The notes beneath the pieces were generated by a model that did no database searches, was not told where the DNA came from, and saw nothing but the letters and a program-made list of their open reading frames with translations. From the NCBI GenBank assembly GCA_051294375.1, contig CM119267.1, forward strand, positions 5,693,992 through 5,757,991: a stretch of DNA of 64,000 nucleotides. Direction: 5' to 3'. Both the position numbers and the translations under genes were made by a program. This document shows positions 60,781-64,000 of the stretch, piece by piece (position 1 is the first letter of the stretch; each line of letters begins with the position of its first letter). The DNA comes from Paraspadella gotoi. Taxonomy: Eukaryota; Animalia; Chaetognatha.

Positions 60781-61651
60781 CGCTGCAGCTCAACCGAAAC
60801 CTCACCTCGCAAAAAAAAACACGTTTATTCGCTAATAAAAGAAAAAAATAGCGGAAGAGGTAAATCCGCTTTTTTCTTTTTCTACTTAATTCCTTCTTTT
60901 TTTTTTCTTTTCTTCTTTCTTCATCTTCACACTTTTTCTTTTTCCACCCCCGCTCCTCCTCTTCCTCCTCCCACCTCCACCCACCATTTTCCCAGAGAGG
61001 AAAGAATAAATGAATCCCTCAGCATCAAAAAATGGATTCTCTACAAATTTTTTTTTTCTCGCGATGAATATATCTGGAAAAAGGGAAAAATAATTTTTTT
61101 GAGTCAAAATATCTGTGTTCAGTGAACGCAGATATTTCGACTGAACTTTAGCGTTCATCGCGAACGTTTTACTTTAAATTCGTACATATTCTTTTTTTTC
61201 CTCTTATTTTTCTCAGTTTCTTTCTTTTTCTTTCTTTTTATAAATTTTTTTCTCCTTTTCATCTTTTTCTTTTTTTTCTCTCTCTTTTTGATTCGTTTTC
61301 TTTTCATTCTTTCTTTTTTCTTCTATTCTTTATTTTATTCCTTCTTTTCTTCTTGCATTTTTTTTTTTAATTCTTTTTCTTTCTCTTTTTCATTCTCCAT
61401 TTTATTTTATTTTCTTCTTTTCTCTTTCCCTCTCCGTGTTCCACCCACGTTTCCTTTTTCTCATTAAAATCGTCTCTCAATCCTTCATTATTAAGAATCC
61501 ACAGCAACTCAGAATTCAGGAAAAGGTCAAAAAGAGACTGCAATAAACCATGTGACTTGCTCGCTTGCTGCAAAATCTAACCTTAAAAGAATGTTATGTA
61601 ACCAATGAACCATGTCACATCACTTTAGCTCGAAAGCTAAAATAAAATTTG

Positions 61652-61952
61652 ACAAGAACGGGAATTCCAATGTGTTGCGCCGCAGACTTGACATGACATG
61701 ACAAAAAAACATTTTTTGCCCATGTATTATGACTGCATCGAAATTTTGTCTTTTATTCTTTATAGTTTTAGGAATTCCTAAAGGCGGCCCGAGCAGTCCC
61801 TTAGATTTGAGGTTTTTTCTGTCTTAACAAATGAGCATCTATAGGCAAATTATATACATTTTTAATGTAAGTGGGACAGACCGACGGACCGACAGACCGA
61901 CCGAAAAGTGACTTATAGAGTTGCTCCGCGAGTACTCGCGGCGCAAATAAAA
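61652..61952 (-). mobile_element. Helentron-associated non-autonomous element (HINE/DINE-1-like)
   Basis: Sub-terminal inverted repeats TTGCGCCGC (~61675) / GCGGCGCAA (~61938), terminal palindrome CCGCGAGTACTCGCGG, (GACN)n microsatellite gacagaccgacggaccgacagacc, and T/A-rich flanks. Confidence 0.7.
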
Positions 61953-62641
61953 AAGACACTGCGGTGTATAGTATATAAAATTTTTGACCAAAATTTAAGC
62001 TTGATGGAAGCTTATTGTAACTGGCAGACCAAATTACAAAGATAATGAGTTTGTCTTCACTTATTTTGTTCTTTTTCCCTTCCAAATTCTTCCCAACTCC
62101 TGGTCTGTAAATAACTCAATACGTACTCCTCATCCGTACATAAGTCCGTCCGAGCCAAGAGTCCGAAATCCATCCATCTCTCTGTCCGTATTCCCTAAAG
62201 CTCTTGATTTGAGCCGTCCGTTTCCTAACAGACTTCAGTCACCCCTACCCACGAACTTGTTTGCCCCTACCTTTAGTAGCCCTTAAATTATATAACATGA
62301 TTAACTTTTTATTTGCCCGATGTCTTTTTAAACCCTATCGTATTAGATTTACAATATTTTTAAAATATTTTTCTAATTTATATTCTCTTATTCTCCATAG
62401 CGGTACTCATCAAACCGTTGATACTTCACACTCCTAATTCTTTCCAACTCCTTCAATGTTCCAAGATCTTTTCAAAACTATCCCCCCCCCCGCAAACAAA
62501 CTCATTCCTTCCACACGCCTTCAACCTGACCCACTTTCCAGTTCGCCCCCGCCTCTCCCCTTCACCCCAACTCCGCCCCTCGGTTGTCAGTGACCAACGC
62601 ATTTTTCTTTCTCTTTCATTTTTCATTCTCTCGGCTCTTTC

Positions 62642-62713
<72 letters not shown>

Positions 62714-62806
62714 CTCTCTCATTCAACTCCTTTTTTCCATCTTCCATTCTCTTATCCATCTTTTTTTCTCACTCTTCTCTCTCCGTCTCTCTTCTTCTCT
62801 CTCTTC

Positions 62807-62839
<33 letters not shown>

Positions 62840-62934
62840 TGACTTCTTCTTTCTTTTCGTTCCTTTTATTTTCCCCTCGATTCTCTTTCTTTTTTATCTT
62901 TTTCACTTTTTTTGTGATTCATCTTTGTTTGTTG

Positions 62935-63525
62935 CGATCGAGAGAATCACATGTGATCGAGAGAAAATCATCACGTGATCGAGAGAAATCATATATCTTG
63001 ATGTGATAAATTGAATCAAATTATTAAAAAAATCATCACGTTATCAAAAAAAACTATCCCATGTCGAGAGAATCGATACATGTGATCGAGAGAAGATCAT
63101 CAGTGATCAAGAGAATCATCCATGTCGAGAAAACATCATTTTTTCATGTCGATCGAATAGACAATCATCACCCGGGTGATCACGAAGAACATCATCACAT
63201 GATCGAGAGAAATCATCACGTGATCCAGAGAATCATCACTATGATCGGAATAAATCATCATGGTGATCGGATAGAAATCATTCACGTGAATCAAGAGAAT
63301 CATTCACATGATCGAGAGAAATCATCATGTGATCGAGGAGAAATCATCACGTGATCGAGAGAAATCATATCTTGATCGTGATAAATGATCAAATTATTGA
63401 AAAAAAATCATAACGTTATCAAGAAAACTCATCCCATGATCGAGAGAAATCATCAGGTGATCAAGAGAATCATCACATGATCGAGAGAAATCATCATTTG
63501 ATCGAAATAAATCGTCACGTGATCC
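62935..63525. repeat. ~21-bp minisatellite (tgatcgagagaaatcatcacg) with a higher-order duplicated block
   Basis: More than 15 degenerate units. The block ..aaatcatat(at)cttgat..ataaat..aaattatt..aaaaaatcat..cgttatcaa occurs at ~62985 and ~63362. Confidence 0.85.
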
Positions 63526-63600
63526 ATCAGTTCACAAGGACGGAGGCAAAGGAGTTTGATGGTTCTGTCCACAGACGAAACTACGTATGAAGACCCAAAT

Positions 63601-63950
63601 TTTTAGTTGCGCCGCGAGTACTCGCGGAAGCACCCCTCTCCGGTCTTTTTCGGTCGGTCCTACGACTCCATCATCTGTTCCAACTTCCTCTTTGTTACAA
63701 TCAAATCTAAACGATACATGGCGCCGCCTTTTGTTTTTAAAGAAATCTGAGTAGCAACAGTTTTATGATTTTTTACGACGATCTGTTTTTTTTTATTTAT
63801 TAAAATCATTAACATTTGTTTTTTTCTTCACCCTACACGAAGGTTTACATCATATCTCCAAGATCTTATCCTATCCCGGAATAATATGATATGATAGAAT
63901 ACTAAAGAGTATGCGGCGCAACACCCCTTGGATAACCGTTCCTTGTTTTT
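63601..63950 (+). mobile_element. HINE/DINE-1-like element of the same family as 61652-61952
   Basis: 5' ttttagttgcgccgcgagtactcgcgg..cggtcggtc; 3' gcggcgcaacac..ttgga..ccgttccttgttttt, homologous to the reverse complement of the 61652 end. Confidence 0.7.
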
Positions 63951-64000
63951 GTTGCACAAAAGTGGTCATCGGTAGTAAACATCGAATCTCCGTCTGGGAT

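Overview
Eukaryotic, probably invertebrate animal, genomic DNA; the taxon cannot be fixed from sequence alone. It is AT-rich, full of (GA)n, (GAC)n and polypyrimidine microsatellites, and has N gaps and unpolished long-read stretches. Most ORFs in the supplied track are low-complexity artefacts. Two protein-coding genes are supported, both on the minus strand. (1) From 5156 to beyond position 1: a large membrane protein with a signal peptide, two BPI/LBP-like (TULIP) domains, two Cys-rich repeats, a TM helix and two tandem multi-TM modules. It has one clean intron and several single-base frameshifts that are probably assembly errors. (2) A spliced globin (about 26100-26988, E7 and F8 His present) that lacks the usual B12.2 and G7.0 introns and has a central E18.1 intron whose donor lies in the terminal hairpin of a Helentron-associated (HINE/DINE-1-like) element. 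Non-coding content includes three Penelope-type minimal hammerhead ribozyme motifs (two with inverted tail copies), a 2-kb DNA transposon with a 9-bp TSD and an empty site in the window, a nested LTR-like insert ending in an unusually long tRNA-Leu complement, a tRNA-derived SINE, several HINE-like elements and a ~600-bp triplication. Large direct and inverted duplications are at least partly haplotype or raw-read assembly artefacts.
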